Origin: Anaerolineales bacterium
GTDB taxonomy: Bacteria > Chloroflexota > Anaerolineae > Anaerolineales > UBA11579
Assembly: GCA_019637675.1 (NCBI GenBank)
Contig: JAHBVE010000002.1
Coordinates: 207,797-271,796, forward strand
Direction of reading: 5' to 3'
Length of the DNA: 64,000 nucleotides
Positions 49,616-59,098 of this stretch are shown here, in pieces. Position 1 is the stretch's first letter. Every line of letters begins with the position of its first letter. A program made the translations under genes and the position numbers. The notes under the pieces were generated by a model that was given only the letters and a program-made list of their open reading frames with translations, made no database searches and was not told the origin of the DNA.

Positions 49616-50905
49616 ATGGAAAACCGCAAGCTCATTAAGTCCGCCGCCGTGCTTAGCATGGATCCACGGGTGGGCAATCAGCTCGACCACGACATCCTCA
49701 TCGAGGGCGACAAGATCATTCAAGTTGCTCGCGGCATCTATGACACCACCGCCGAGGAGATCGACGGCTCCAGCATGATCGCTATGCCGGGCTTTGTTGA
49801 TGCTCATCACCACATGTGGCTGGGAGCGCTACGCAACACCGGCGCAGCGTACGTTATGGACAAGCAGGTCTTCGACGGCGCCAAGCAGCGCGCACTGGCG
49901 GCCACCTTCAGCCCGGATGACGTCTATGCCAGCACCCTCGCCAGCGCCATCAACGCCATTGACGCCGGCATCACCACCGTGCTGGACCATGCCAACCTGC
50001 CGGGCGCCGAGCACCTGACCGCCAATGCCAAGGCCCTGACGGAATCTGGCTTGCGGACTGTACTGGCCGCCCCTGCTAACCTGGGTAAAGCCGGGCTGGA
50101 AGCCTTGCGCACCAGCCTGCCTGAGCGCATCAGCCTCGCCCTAGCTTCATCTGACCCGCAAGACAGCAACCTGGATGCCCTCAAAGCGGAGTGGGAACTG
50201 GCCCGCAGCCTGGGCCTACGCATCTCGGCCCAGGTGGGCATGGGTACGCCGCCGGGTGACCAACTCAGCGAGTTGAACAAGGCCAAGCTGCTGGGGCCTG
50301 ACGTCATGCTCGCCCACGGCAACACGCTGTCAGACCGCGACATCAACGCCATCAAAGATGCCCGCGCCGCTGTAGTCATGGCCCCCGCGGCGGAGATGAT
50401 GCAAGGGTACGGCGCCCCCACCATCCAGCGCTTCACCGATGCAGGCCTGGCGCCTGGCCTCGGCATTGACACCGAGCTGGCCAACCGCGGCGACATGTTC
50501 ACCCAAATGCGCAACGCCATCTCCATGCAGCATGCGATGCGCTTTGACAAGAAGCTGGCCGGCAGCATCTTTGCCGACCGCATGATGACCACGCGTGACA
50601 TCATTCAATTCGTCTGCGCCTACGGCGCTGAAGCCCTGGGCCTGCAAGAGCATATCGGCACGCTGACCCCCGGCAAACAGGCCGATATCATTCTGCTGCG
50701 CCAGCACCACATCAATGTGATGCCGGTCAACGACCCGATCGGCGCCGTGGTGTGGGCCATGGACTGCAGCAACATCGACTCTGTGATGGTGGCCGGCAAG
50801 TTCCTCAAACGCAACGGCGAACTACTGAACTGTGACTTGGACAGACTGCAACAGCTGACCACGGCCACCTGCCAGCGCGTCCTCGGCGCTCCCGTTGCCG
50901 CCTGA
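49616..50905 (+). CDS. TRZ/ATZ-type amidohydrolase (paralogue of the C-terminal domain of 42868..45321)
   Basis: ORF 49607..50905. ATG 49616 is preferred. Motifs MPGFVDAHHHMWLG and IGTLTPGKQADIILL align along the full length with the fused domain. Confidence 0.85.
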   Translation: MENRKLIKSAAVLSMDPRVGNQLDHDILIEGDKIIQVARGIYDTTAEEIDGSSMIAMPGFVDAHHHMWLGALRNTGAAYVMDKQVFDGAKQRALAATFSPDDVYASTLASAINAIDAGITTVLDHANLPGAEHLTANAKALTESGLRTVLAAPANLGKAGLEALRTSLPERISLALASSDPQDSNLDALKAEWELARSLGLRISAQVGMGTPPGDQLSELNKAKLLGPDVMLAHGNTLSDRDINAIKDARAAVVMAPAAEMMQGYGAPTIQRFTDAGLAPGLGIDTELANRGDMFTQMRNAISMQHAMRFDKKLAGSIFADRMMTTRDIIQFVCAYGAEALGLQEHIGTLTPGKQADIILLRQHHINVMPVNDPIGAVVWAMDCSNIDSVMVAGKFLKRNGELLNCDLDRLQQLTTATCQRVLGAPVAA

Positions 50906-50928
50906 GCAATCCACCGATCCCTGCAAAC

Positions 50929-50955
50929 AAAAGAGCGCCTTACGGCGCCCTTTTG
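50929..50955. terminator. Bidirectional terminator (amidohydrolase / ALDH convergent)
   Basis: AAAAGAGCGCC-TTAC-GGCGCCCTTTT. Confidence 0.6.
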
Positions 50956-50997
50956 TCTCCATTCTGTAGCTGTTGGCCCAGTAGCGGCCCACTGGTG

Positions 50998-52488
50998 CTA
51001 CTCCCGATTGTTGAATGTAATTAGCTTCAGCTCCGTCATCTCTTCAATGGCATAGCGCAAACCTTCGCGGCCGAAGCCAGACTGCTTTACGCCGCCATAC
51101 GGCATGTGGTCGATCCGGAAAGTCGAAACATCGTTCACCATCAAGCCCCCGACCTCGATCTCCTCAAAAGCCTTATTGACAATGTTCATATCCTTGGTGA
51201 AGATGCCGGCTTGCAGGCCAAAGTCTGACGCGCCCACCGAGTGGATTGCCTGATCCACATCTGTGTAATGGAACAGACCTACCAGCGGGCCAAACACCTC
51301 CTGGCAGGAGACGTTCATGTCTTCCTGCAGCGAAGCCATCACTGTCGGCTCATACAGGTTGCCATCGCGCTTGCCGCCCGCCAGCACCTCGGCGCCGGAG
51401 GCCTTGGCCTCAGCGACCCATTCCTCGATGCGGTCGGCTGCCCCGCTATCGATCACGGGGCCAACATCGGTTTTCTCGTCCAGCGGATCGCCAACCACCA
51501 GCGCCTTGACGCGCGGGATCAGGTCATCCACAAAGTCCTCATAGATCTTGGCCGAGGCGTACACGCGTTGTACCGAGATACACGACTGGCCAGCATATGA
51601 GAAGCCGCCCCAGGCCACACGCTCGGCGGCGTACTTGACATCCGCATCTTCGTGCACGATGACGCCGGCGTTGCCGCCCAGCTCCAGCGTGACGCGCTTC
51701 ATGCCAGCCTTGCCCTTCAGGCTCCAGCCAACGGCCGGGCTGCCCGTAAAGGTCAGCAGCTTGATGCGCGGGTCTTCGATCAGCGGGGCAGCATCCTTGG
51801 TGGCCGAGGTCACGACGGAATACCCGCCATCCGGCCAACCGGCCTCCTGGATGATCTCGCCCAGTTTGAGGGCGCTCACCGGGGTGGCGCTGGCCGGGCG
51901 CAGCACGATGGGATTGCCGGCTGCCATGGCGGGCGCCACCTTGTGCGCCACCAGGTTCAGCGGGAAGTTAAACGGGGCAATGCCCGCGATCGGCCCGAGC
52001 GGCACGCGGTGGATGTGGGCCACGCGGTTCTCGGTGCCCGGCAGCCAGTCGAGCGGCACGATCTCGCCATAGTGGCGCTTGGATTCCTCCGCTGCCACCT
52101 GGAAGGTATAGGCGGCCCGGTCGACTTCCAAACGAGCCGTGCGAATCGGCTTGCCGGCCTCCAGCGCGATCGTGCGCGCCAGGTCTTCCCGACGCGCTAG
52201 GATGCCTTCGCTCACCTTCATGAGCACATCGGCCTTCTTCCACGAGGGCAGCTTGCGGGTCACTTCAAAGACACGGGTCGCGTCCGCAATGGCCTGCTCG
52301 ATCTCTTTGGGGCCGGCGCGGTGCACTACGGCTACCAGCGCGTCGTTATAGGGACTGCGCACTTCAATAGCGTCACCCGTCTTGACCCACTGGCCGTTCA
52401 GCAATGCGCCATATTCGCCTAACTCGGATGTGCCGCCGCTGGCTTTGCGAGCTTCAGACCCGCGCAACCGCTTGATCTCTTCTGCCAT
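50998..52488 (-). CDS. NAD(P)-dependent aldehyde dehydrogenase
   Basis: 496 aa. ELGGNA and the catalytic Cys in YAGQSCIS. Confidence 0.88.
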   Translation of the reverse strand: MAEEIKRLRGSEARKASGGTSELGEYGALLNGQWVKTGDAIEVRSPYNDALVAVVHRAGPKEIEQAIADATRVFEVTRKLPSWKKADVLMKVSEGILARREDLARTIALEAGKPIRTARLEVDRAAYTFQVAAEESKRHYGEIVPLDWLPGTENRVAHIHRVPLGPIAGIAPFNFPLNLVAHKVAPAMAAGNPIVLRPASATPVSALKLGEIIQEAGWPDGGYSVVTSATKDAAPLIEDPRIKLLTFTGSPAVGWSLKGKAGMKRVTLELGGNAGVIVHEDADVKYAAERVAWGGFSYAGQSCISVQRVYASAKIYEDFVDDLIPRVKALVVGDPLDEKTDVGPVIDSGAADRIEEWVAEAKASGAEVLAGGKRDGNLYEPTVMASLQEDMNVSCQEVFGPLVGLFHYTDVDQAIHSVGASDFGLQAGIFTKDMNIVNKAFEEIEVGGLMVNDVSTFRIDHMPYGGVKQSGFGREGLRYAIEEMTELKLITFNNRE

Positions 52489-52494
52489 AGGGAA

Positions 52495-53868
52495 CTACTC
52501 CTTGATCTCGGCGGCCTCAATGAGGCCGGCCAGGGTGTCTAAGAATTGGGCGCCGCGCAAACCATCGAGCACGCGATGGTCGCACGATAGGGTCAGTGCC
52601 AACATCGGCCGTACGGCTGGCTGGCCGTCCACCGGAACCACGCGCTCCACAATGCGCCCAACCGCCAGAATGGCGGCGTTGGGCGCATTGACGATAGCGG
52701 TGAAGCTGTCGATGGCATACATGCCGAGGTTGCTGATCGTAAATGTGCCGCCCTGTATATCTGCGGGCAGCAATGACTTGCTGTTGGCCTTATGGACTAG
52801 CTCGGCGCGGCGCACGGCCACGTCTTGCAGGCTCAGTTTGTCGGCATTTGCCACCACGGGCACCACGAGGCCGTCCTCCACCCCCACCGCCAGGCCAATA
52901 TTGATGTGCTCGTTGGGCCAGATGGTACGGCTGCGCCAGGTGGCGTTGACATTGGGGTGTTGCTCCAGCGCCGCAGCGCAGAACTTGACCAGCAGGTCCG
53001 TGAAGGTGATCTTGGCTTCGCTGTTGGCCTGCGCTGTCTTGCGGGCCGCCATCATGTTGCTGGCATCCACCTCGCGGCTCAGCACAAAATGGGGAATGTC
53101 CTGCCAGCTCTCGGTGACGTGCTCGGCCATCACCTTCCACAAGCTGCTCAGCGGCGGGCCGGCGGGCTCTTGAGGAGCCGCGGCGGCTCCATCGCCATTC
53201 AATACATCGATCGCCAGCACTGCCCCTTCCGGCCCGCTGCCGCGCAGCAAGGCCAGATCAATATTCATCTCCTGCGCCAAGCGCTTGGCCTTGGGGGAGG
53301 CTAACACCTTCTCACCCGCTGTGCGCGTCACCGGCGCAAAACCATGTGCCGGAGTGGCTCCGTGCGTGCGGATATATTCGCGCACGTCTTCCTTGCTGAT
53401 GCGCCCGCCAGATGGGCGCACCTGCGCCAAGTCCACACCATGTTCGGCGGCAATTCGGATCGCGATCGGACTGGCGTTGACCACGACCGCGCCAGCCGGC
53501 ACATAGCTCGGCGCAGCCTGCGGGCGGGCCGCCGGAGCGCTGCCCCGGCCAGCTGGGACCGGCTTGGCGGCCGCCGGCGCACTGGGCGGCGGGGCCGAGG
53601 CGGCCTTGAGCGCCGCCAGCAGCTCTTCACGCGGCGGGGCCGGCTCACCCTCGGCCAATATCAGCGCAATCGCCTGCCCCACCGGCACGTCCTGCCCGGC
53701 AGTGGCAATGATATTAGCCAGAACGCCGCTTTCGGTCGCGTCAATCGAAACCGTCACTTTGTCGGTTTCGATCTCCATCAAGGGCTCGCCCTTGGCAACC
53801 ACATCGCCTTCCTTCTTGAACCACGCGAGCAGTTTGCCAGTCTCTTGCGCCATTCCCAGCGCGGGCAT
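52495..53868 (-). CDS. Dihydrolipoamide acyltransferase (E2) of a 2-oxoacid/acetoin-type dehydrogenase complex
   Basis: One lipoyl domain (EIETDKVTV), a peripheral-subunit-binding domain (ASPIAIRIAAEHGVDL) and a catalytic SCDHRVLDG. The real start may be CTG 53886 (see findings). Confidence 0.88.
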   Translation of the reverse strand: MPALGMAQETGKLLAWFKKEGDVVAKGEPLMEIETDKVTVSIDATESGVLANIIATAGQDVPVGQAIALILAEGEPAPPREELLAALKAASAPPPSAPAAAKPVPAGRGSAPAARPQAAPSYVPAGAVVVNASPIAIRIAAEHGVDLAQVRPSGGRISKEDVREYIRTHGATPAHGFAPVTRTAGEKVLASPKAKRLAQEMNIDLALLRGSGPEGAVLAIDVLNGDGAAAAPQEPAGPPLSSLWKVMAEHVTESWQDIPHFVLSREVDASNMMAARKTAQANSEAKITFTDLLVKFCAAALEQHPNVNATWRSRTIWPNEHINIGLAVGVEDGLVVPVVANADKLSLQDVAVRRAELVHKANSKSLLPADIQGGTFTISNLGMYAIDSFTAIVNAPNAAILAVGRIVERVVPVDGQPAVRPMLALTLSCDHRVLDGLRGAQFLDTLAGLIEAAEIKE

Positions 53869-53895
53869 GATGACTTTAGTAGCCAGCCGGGCCTC

Positions 53896-54897
53896 CTAGG
53901 CAGCGCCGCACAGGGTCTTGGCCATCTCGAACACCGTATCCGGCGTCGGGACGGTGAGGTCTTCCAACACCGGCGAGAACGGAATGGGCACGTCCATAGC
54001 GCCCATGCGTTTCACCGGCGCATCCAGACAATAGAAAGCGCCATCGGCGATCACCGAAGCCAGCTCGGCCGTGACGCCATAACGTTCATAGCCTTCATCC
54101 ACCACGATCACGCGGCTGGTCTTCTTGGCTGAGTTGATCAGCGCATCTTTGTCCAACGGGAAGGTGCAGCGCGGGTCGACGATCTCAGCGCTGATGCCGA
54201 TCTCGGCCAGTTTGTCCGCCGCCGCTAACGAGACCTGCACCATGCTGCTGGTAGCCACAATGGTGATGTCGCTGCCCTCGCGCTTCACATCCGCCACACC
54301 TAGCGGGATGATGTATTCCTCTTCAGGCACTTCGCCTTTCAACTGGTACATCATCTTGTCTTCGAAGAAGACCACCGGGTTTTCGTCGCGGATGGCGCTC
54401 TTGAGCAAACCCTTGGCGTCATACGGGGTGGATGGGATGACAACTTTGATACCCGGTACATGGCTGAACCAGGCATGCAGCGACTGCGAGTGCTGGGCCG
54501 CTGAGCGCCGCGTGGCGCCCATCGTTGTACGCAGCACCATGGGCACTTTGAGCTTGCCGCCCGACATGTAGTGGATCTTGGCGGCCTGGTTAACCATCTG
54601 GTCCATGATCAGCGTGCTGAAATCGCCGAACATGATATCCACCACAGGCCGCATGCCAGTCATGGCCGCGCCGACACCCAAGCCGGTAATGCCAGGTTCA
54701 GAAATGGGCGAGTCGATCACACGCTCCGGCCCGAACTCATCCACCAGCCCTTTGAGCACCTTGAAGGCGGTGCCGGCTTCGGCCACGTCCTCGCCCATCA
54801 CATACACAGTCGGGTCGCGGCGCAGCTCTTCGGCCAGGGCTTCTTTAATGGCCTGGCCCATCGTGATCACGCGGCCGTTGCCGTTAGGCGTAGACAT
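53896..54897 (-). CDS. TPP-dependent dehydrogenase E1 beta subunit
   Basis: ORF 53896..54933. Start at ATG 54897 (MSTPNGNGRVITMGQAIKEAL). Transketolase-like pyrimidine-binding and C-terminal domains. Confidence 0.88.
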   Translation of the reverse strand: MSTPNGNGRVITMGQAIKEALAEELRRDPTVYVMGEDVAEAGTAFKVLKGLVDEFGPERVIDSPISEPGITGLGVGAAMTGMRPVVDIMFGDFSTLIMDQMVNQAAKIHYMSGGKLKVPMVLRTTMGATRRSAAQHSQSLHAWFSHVPGIKVVIPSTPYDAKGLLKSAIRDENPVVFFEDKMMYQLKGEVPEEEYIIPLGVADVKREGSDITIVATSSMVQVSLAAADKLAEIGISAEIVDPRCTFPLDKDALINSAKKTSRVIVVDEGYERYGVTAELASVIADGAFYCLDAPVKRMGAMDVPIPFSPVLEDLTVPTPDTVFEMAKTLCGAA

Positions 54898-55903
54898 TCG
54901 TATCCACCTCGCTGGGGTCCGGGTACGGCGCATTCAGGGCGAACTCGGCGCCGCGCGCCACTTCGCTCTTCACATCCGCCTGGATGTGGTCGAGCACGCT
55001 CTGGTCAGACAATTTCTGCCCAATGATCCAGTCCGCCAGGATCGTGATCGGGTCACGCTGCTGCCATTCGAGTTCTTCTTCTTTTGGGCGGTAGTAGGCC
55101 CGATCAATATCACCGACATGGTGACCGTGGTAGCGGTAAGTATTGCACACCAAGAAAGCTGGCCCCTCGCCCTTGCGAGCGCGCTCTACCAGCCGCTTGG
55201 CCACTTCATTCACCACGCGGATGTCCTGGCCGTCGATCTCCTCGGTGTAGATGCCGAAGGCTTCGGCGCGGCCGGTCAGCGTACCCGCGGCGGTCTCGTT
55301 GTAGTGGGTGTACTCGTTGTACATGTTGTTCTCGCACACAAAGATCACCGGCAGCTTCCACAACTGAGCCATGTTCATGGTTTCGTACAGCAAGCCTTGG
55401 CCGAGCGCGCCTTCACCAAAGAAGCACACCGCCACCTGGCCGGTGCCTAACCGCTTGGCGCTGAAGGCCGCCCCGGCGGCGATGCCGGCGCTGCCGCCCA
55501 CGATGGCGTTGGCGCCCAGGTTGCCGTTGGCCTGATCGGCGATGTGCATGGAACCGCCCTTGCCGCCGCAGTAGCCGGCGGCTTTGCCGAGCAGCTCAGC
55601 GAACATGATGTCGACTGCCGCGCCTTTGGCGATGCAATGGCCGTGGCCGCGGTGCGTGCTGGTAATGTAATCGTCTGAGTTGAGCGCTTCGCATACGCCC
55701 ACAGCGATGGCTTCTTCACCAATATACAGGTGCGCCAACCCTGGCATCTTCGCCGAGGTGTAGAGCTCATTTACCTTGTCTTCAAATTCACGGATGCGCA
55801 CCATCTGCTCATACATCTGCAGCAGGTCCTCCACATCCTCTTTGCCAGCCGGCTTGCCCGCAGGCTTGGTGCTCTTGGCCTTGGTGCCTTTTGCTTTCGC
55901 CAT
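54884..55903 (-). CDS. TPP-dependent dehydrogenase E1 alpha subunit
   Basis: 339 aa. TPP motif GEGALGQGLLYETMNMAQLWKLPVIFVCENN. YRYHGHHVGD is also present. Confidence 0.88.
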   Translation of the reverse strand: MAKAKGTKAKSTKPAGKPAGKEDVEDLLQMYEQMVRIREFEDKVNELYTSAKMPGLAHLYIGEEAIAVGVCEALNSDDYITSTHRGHGHCIAKGAAVDIMFAELLGKAAGYCGGKGGSMHIADQANGNLGANAIVGGSAGIAAGAAFSAKRLGTGQVAVCFFGEGALGQGLLYETMNMAQLWKLPVIFVCENNMYNEYTHYNETAAGTLTGRAEAFGIYTEEIDGQDIRVVNEVAKRLVERARKGEGPAFLVCNTYRYHGHHVGDIDRAYYRPKEEELEWQQRDPITILADWIIGQKLSDQSVLDHIQADVKSEVARGAEFALNAPYPDPSEVDTNVYA

Positions 55904-56778
55904 TACTTCGCTCCCATGTGCTTCACCGCGTCGATCAAGATCGCAAAGTCTTTCTCGCCCCAGCCTTTTTCTTGAGCAAAGGCCAGCACGCGTTGGGCTG
56001 TCTCGGTTGTCGGTAGCGCTACGCCCAGCTCAGCGCCCAGTTCCAAGGCCAGCTTAATGTCCTTCTGCATCATATCCACTGGATACCAGGCCACATCGGG
56101 CAGGTTCACCAGCTGCGGCGCCTTGTACTTGACTAGCGGCGAGCCGATCACGCTGTTGGTCAGTACTTCGATGGCGGTAGTGCGCGGGATGCCTGCCGCC
56201 TCGGCCAGCAAAATAGACTCGGCCAGCGCCAAGACTTGCACACCTACGCTCAAATTCGTTGCCACCTTCATGGAAACGGCGAGGCCGCTGGCACCGACAT
56301 AGGTCGCCTTGGAGCCGATCGCCAGCAGCACCGGCTCGGCAGCCTTGAAAGCAGCCTCGTCGCCGCCCACCATCATGGTGAGCTGGCCGGCTTCCAAAGT
56401 TGCAATGCTGCCCGAGACCGGGCAGTCCAGCATGGGCGCGCCGGCTGCAGCGGCCTTAGCTGCCAGCTCGCGGCTGGCGGCGGGGCTGACCGTGCTCATC
56501 TCCATCCAGGTCTTGCCCTGGCCGAGCGCAGCCAGCACGCCATCCGGCCCTTCAGCGATCTGGCGCAGCGCAGCCGTGTCGCTGACGATGCTAAAAACGA
56601 TCTCAGACGCTTCGGTCACTGCCCGCGGCGTATCGCCCCAGGCCATGCCAGCATCCAACAAGTCTTGTGCTTTGGCCTTGGTGCGGTTGTAGCCGGTCAC
56701 CTTGTGCCCAGCTGCCATCAGCCGCGTCACCATGCGGCTGCCCATCACCCCTAAGCCAATAAATCCAACATTTGCCAT
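55903..56778 (-). CDS. 3-hydroxyisobutyrate / tartronate-semialdehyde reductase family (HIBADH-like) NAD(P) oxidoreductase
   Basis: 291 aa. Starts MANVGFIGLGVMGSRM. TAATG overlap with the E1 alpha start. Confidence 0.8.
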   Translation of the reverse strand: MANVGFIGLGVMGSRMVTRLMAAGHKVTGYNRTKAKAQDLLDAGMAWGDTPRAVTEASEIVFSIVSDTAALRQIAEGPDGVLAALGQGKTWMEMSTVSPAASRELAAKAAAAGAPMLDCPVSGSIATLEAGQLTMMVGGDEAAFKAAEPVLLAIGSKATYVGASGLAVSMKVATNLSVGVQVLALAESILLAEAAGIPRTTAIEVLTNSVIGSPLVKYKAPQLVNLPDVAWYPVDMMQKDIKLALELGAELGVALPTTETAQRVLAFAQEKGWGEKDFAILIDAVKHMGAK

Positions 56779-56792
56779 CTATCTATCTCCAA

Positions 56793-57641
56793 CTAGCCGG
56801 CGTACTTGCCAGCCCAGTCTCTTTCAAAGCGGAAGGCTTCTTTGGCGGGCGGCAGCGGAGCCTGGGTTTCGATCCAGCGAACCGGCTCGTCACCTACCTG
56901 CTCAAAGCTGTGAATGCAGCCCACACTGGTCCAGATCAGATCGCTCGGCCCCAGTTCATAGGTCTTGCCGTCCGCGATCGCCTTCACGCGTCCACTGACA
57001 ATGTAATACGACTCTTCAAACGTATGGTCATGCGCATCGATCTTGGCGCCTGGCTGGTATTGAATAAGAAACAGCGACTGGTGCGTAGCGCCGGACGAGC
57101 GGTCTACGAACATCTTGATCGCCACACCTGTGGTGGCATTGAAGCCCTCCATCTGGCCGGGTTCGCCAGGCTTGGGCAGTTGCGCCTCGTCGAAGTGGCT
57201 CACCATCGTCTCCGCGGCCTGCGCCGGGTTGGGCGCCTGGCCGCTAGCAGCCAACTCGCCGGGAACGAAGAAAGTGTCGGTTCCATCCGTACGCGGCTGC
57301 GGCGCCTGCATCTCGACCCAGCGGGCCGGCACACTGCCCTTGTTCTGCCAGGCGTGCGCAACACCGGTCGGGATCAGGCCATAGTGGCCCGGCCCCAGTT
57401 CGTAAGCGGCCTCGCCAATCTGGCAGATCAGGCTGCCTTCCAAGATATAGAAGCTCTCTTCGAACGCATGCAGGTGATGGCTGATGTGGCCGCCCGGCTC
57501 CAGCTGGCTGATGCCGGTGCCCATGTGCAACGAGCCCATGCCGGGCTCCACGTAGGTTTTGCGCGCATATCCCGCGCTCTTGCCCTCATAGCCCGCAGGC
57601 ACTGCGCTGGGCAACTGGTCAAGGTGAGTGGTGTGATGCAT
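56793..57641 (-). CDS. Bicupin metalloprotein (paralogue of 41919..42824)
   Basis: ORF 56793..57737. Start at ATG 57641. Motifs GGHISHHLHAFEESFYILEG...GVAHAWQN and AKIDAHDHTFEESYYIVSG...GCIHSFEQ. It shares RWVEMxAPQPR and RFxRDW with the paralogue. Confidence 0.75.
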   Translation of the reverse strand: MHHTTHLDQLPSAVPAGYEGKSAGYARKTYVEPGMGSLHMGTGISQLEPGGHISHHLHAFEESFYILEGSLICQIGEAAYELGPGHYGLIPTGVAHAWQNKGSVPARWVEMQAPQPRTDGTDTFFVPGELAASGQAPNPAQAAETMVSHFDEAQLPKPGEPGQMEGFNATTGVAIKMFVDRSSGATHQSLFLIQYQPGAKIDAHDHTFEESYYIVSGRVKAIADGKTYELGPSDLIWTSVGCIHSFEQVGDEPVRWIETQAPLPPAKEAFRFERDWAGKYAG

Positions 57642-57660
57642 GGCGTTGGCCTGCACTTGC

Positions 57661-59001
57661 CTACTGGTCGTCAGGCAGGCCGGCGCCGCCGTAGTTGACC
57701 CCGGTGTAGTCAAGGTTGCGGTGCGACTGGGTGTCACGCGTGGTGGGCAGCCAGCCGTTGGTGGTGAAGTAGCGCTTGCCCGCCACCATCAACTCCTCGG
57801 CCGGGAAGCGCGTGATCACTTCCACGCCGTCCTTGGTCACCACCATCTGCTCTTCAATGCGGGCAGCCGACCAGCCATCGCTGGCCGGCCAATACGTTTC
57901 GAGGGCGAAGACCATGCCCTCCTCAATTTCCTGCGGGCTGTCGAACGAGACCAGGCGGCTGAACACCGGCTTCTCCCAGATACCTAGACCCACGCCGTGG
58001 CCATATTGCAATGCGAAGCAGGATTCTTCGTTCGGGAAGCCGAACTCTTGCGCCTTGGGCCACAACTTGACCACGTCCGCGGTGGTCACACCGGGGCGGA
58101 TGGCATCGATGGCCGCGTCCAGATAATAGCGACAGCGTTTGTACGCATCCACCTGGGCCTGTGAAGCTGAGCCGATGGCGAAGGTGCGGTAATAGCAGGT
58201 GCGATAGCCCATGTAGGAGTGCAAGATATCGTAGAAGGCCGGGTCGCCTGGGCGCATCACGCGGTCACTAAAGATATGCGGATGCGGGCTGCAGCGCTCG
58301 CCGGAGATGGCGTTGACGCCCTCCACATGCTCAGAACCCAGTTCATACAGCACCTTATTGACCAGTGCTACGGCTTCACTTTCCTTGACGCCGGGCTTCA
58401 TAAAGCGATACAGCTCTTCATAGGCCGCGTCCACCATCATGCAGGCCATGTTGAGCAAGGTGACTTCGTCTTGGGTCTTGATGACGCGCGCATCCAGCAT
58501 TAGCTGCTGGCCGTCGACCACATTGATGCCCTCTTTTTGCAGGGCGAACAGCACGGGCGGCTCAACCATATCCACGCCAACCGGCTCGTTCTGCAGGCCG
58601 CGCTCCTCGAGTTCAATGCGGATCTTGCGGGCCACGTCCTCCGCCCGCATGGCGCCTGGCGGCATGGCGCCGCGCAGGGTGGAAATGCCGGCGCGGGAGC
58701 GTCCCTCGCCCAGCCAGGGGGCGTAGAGTGTGTGGTGCTTGGCCGCTGAGCCAAAATCCCAGTTGATCGGCTCATCATCCTGCGGCAGCAGGCAGAAGCG
58801 CCCCAGCTTATCGATGGCCCAGGTGCCAATGGTGGTATTGGTGATATAGCGAATGTTGTTCATGTCGAAGCACAGCAAAGCGCCGATGTTCGACTCTTTG
58901 AGCTTCGCCTTGATGCGAGCCAGACGTTCCGTGCGCAACCGTTCGAAATCAACACGTTGCTCCCAATCCACACCCATTGTTCCGTACGTTCGCAAATCCA
59001 T
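57661..59001 (-). CDS. M24-family (creatinase/prolidase fold) metallohydrolase, long form
   Basis: 446 aa. N-terminal LLCFDMNNIRYITNTTIG. Pita-bread C-domain with HGVGLGIWE, FALETYW and IEEQMVVT. Confidence 0.75.
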   Translation of the reverse strand: MDLRTYGTMGVDWEQRVDFERLRTERLARIKAKLKESNIGALLCFDMNNIRYITNTTIGTWAIDKLGRFCLLPQDDEPINWDFGSAAKHHTLYAPWLGEGRSRAGISTLRGAMPPGAMRAEDVARKIRIELEERGLQNEPVGVDMVEPPVLFALQKEGINVVDGQQLMLDARVIKTQDEVTLLNMACMMVDAAYEELYRFMKPGVKESEAVALVNKVLYELGSEHVEGVNAISGERCSPHPHIFSDRVMRPGDPAFYDILHSYMGYRTCYYRTFAIGSASQAQVDAYKRCRYYLDAAIDAIRPGVTTADVVKLWPKAQEFGFPNEESCFALQYGHGVGLGIWEKPVFSRLVSFDSPQEIEEGMVFALETYWPASDGWSAARIEEQMVVTKDGVEVITRFPAEELMVAGKRYFTTNGWLPTTRDTQSHRNLDYTGVNYGGAGLPDDQ

Positions 59002-59098
59002 GTTGCCATCCTTTCAAACGGAAACTACAGAAATGACTGCTGGCGTTGCATCATGCCCGCACGGCCAAAATTCTCACCGGCGAGTTATGTTTCGTGTA

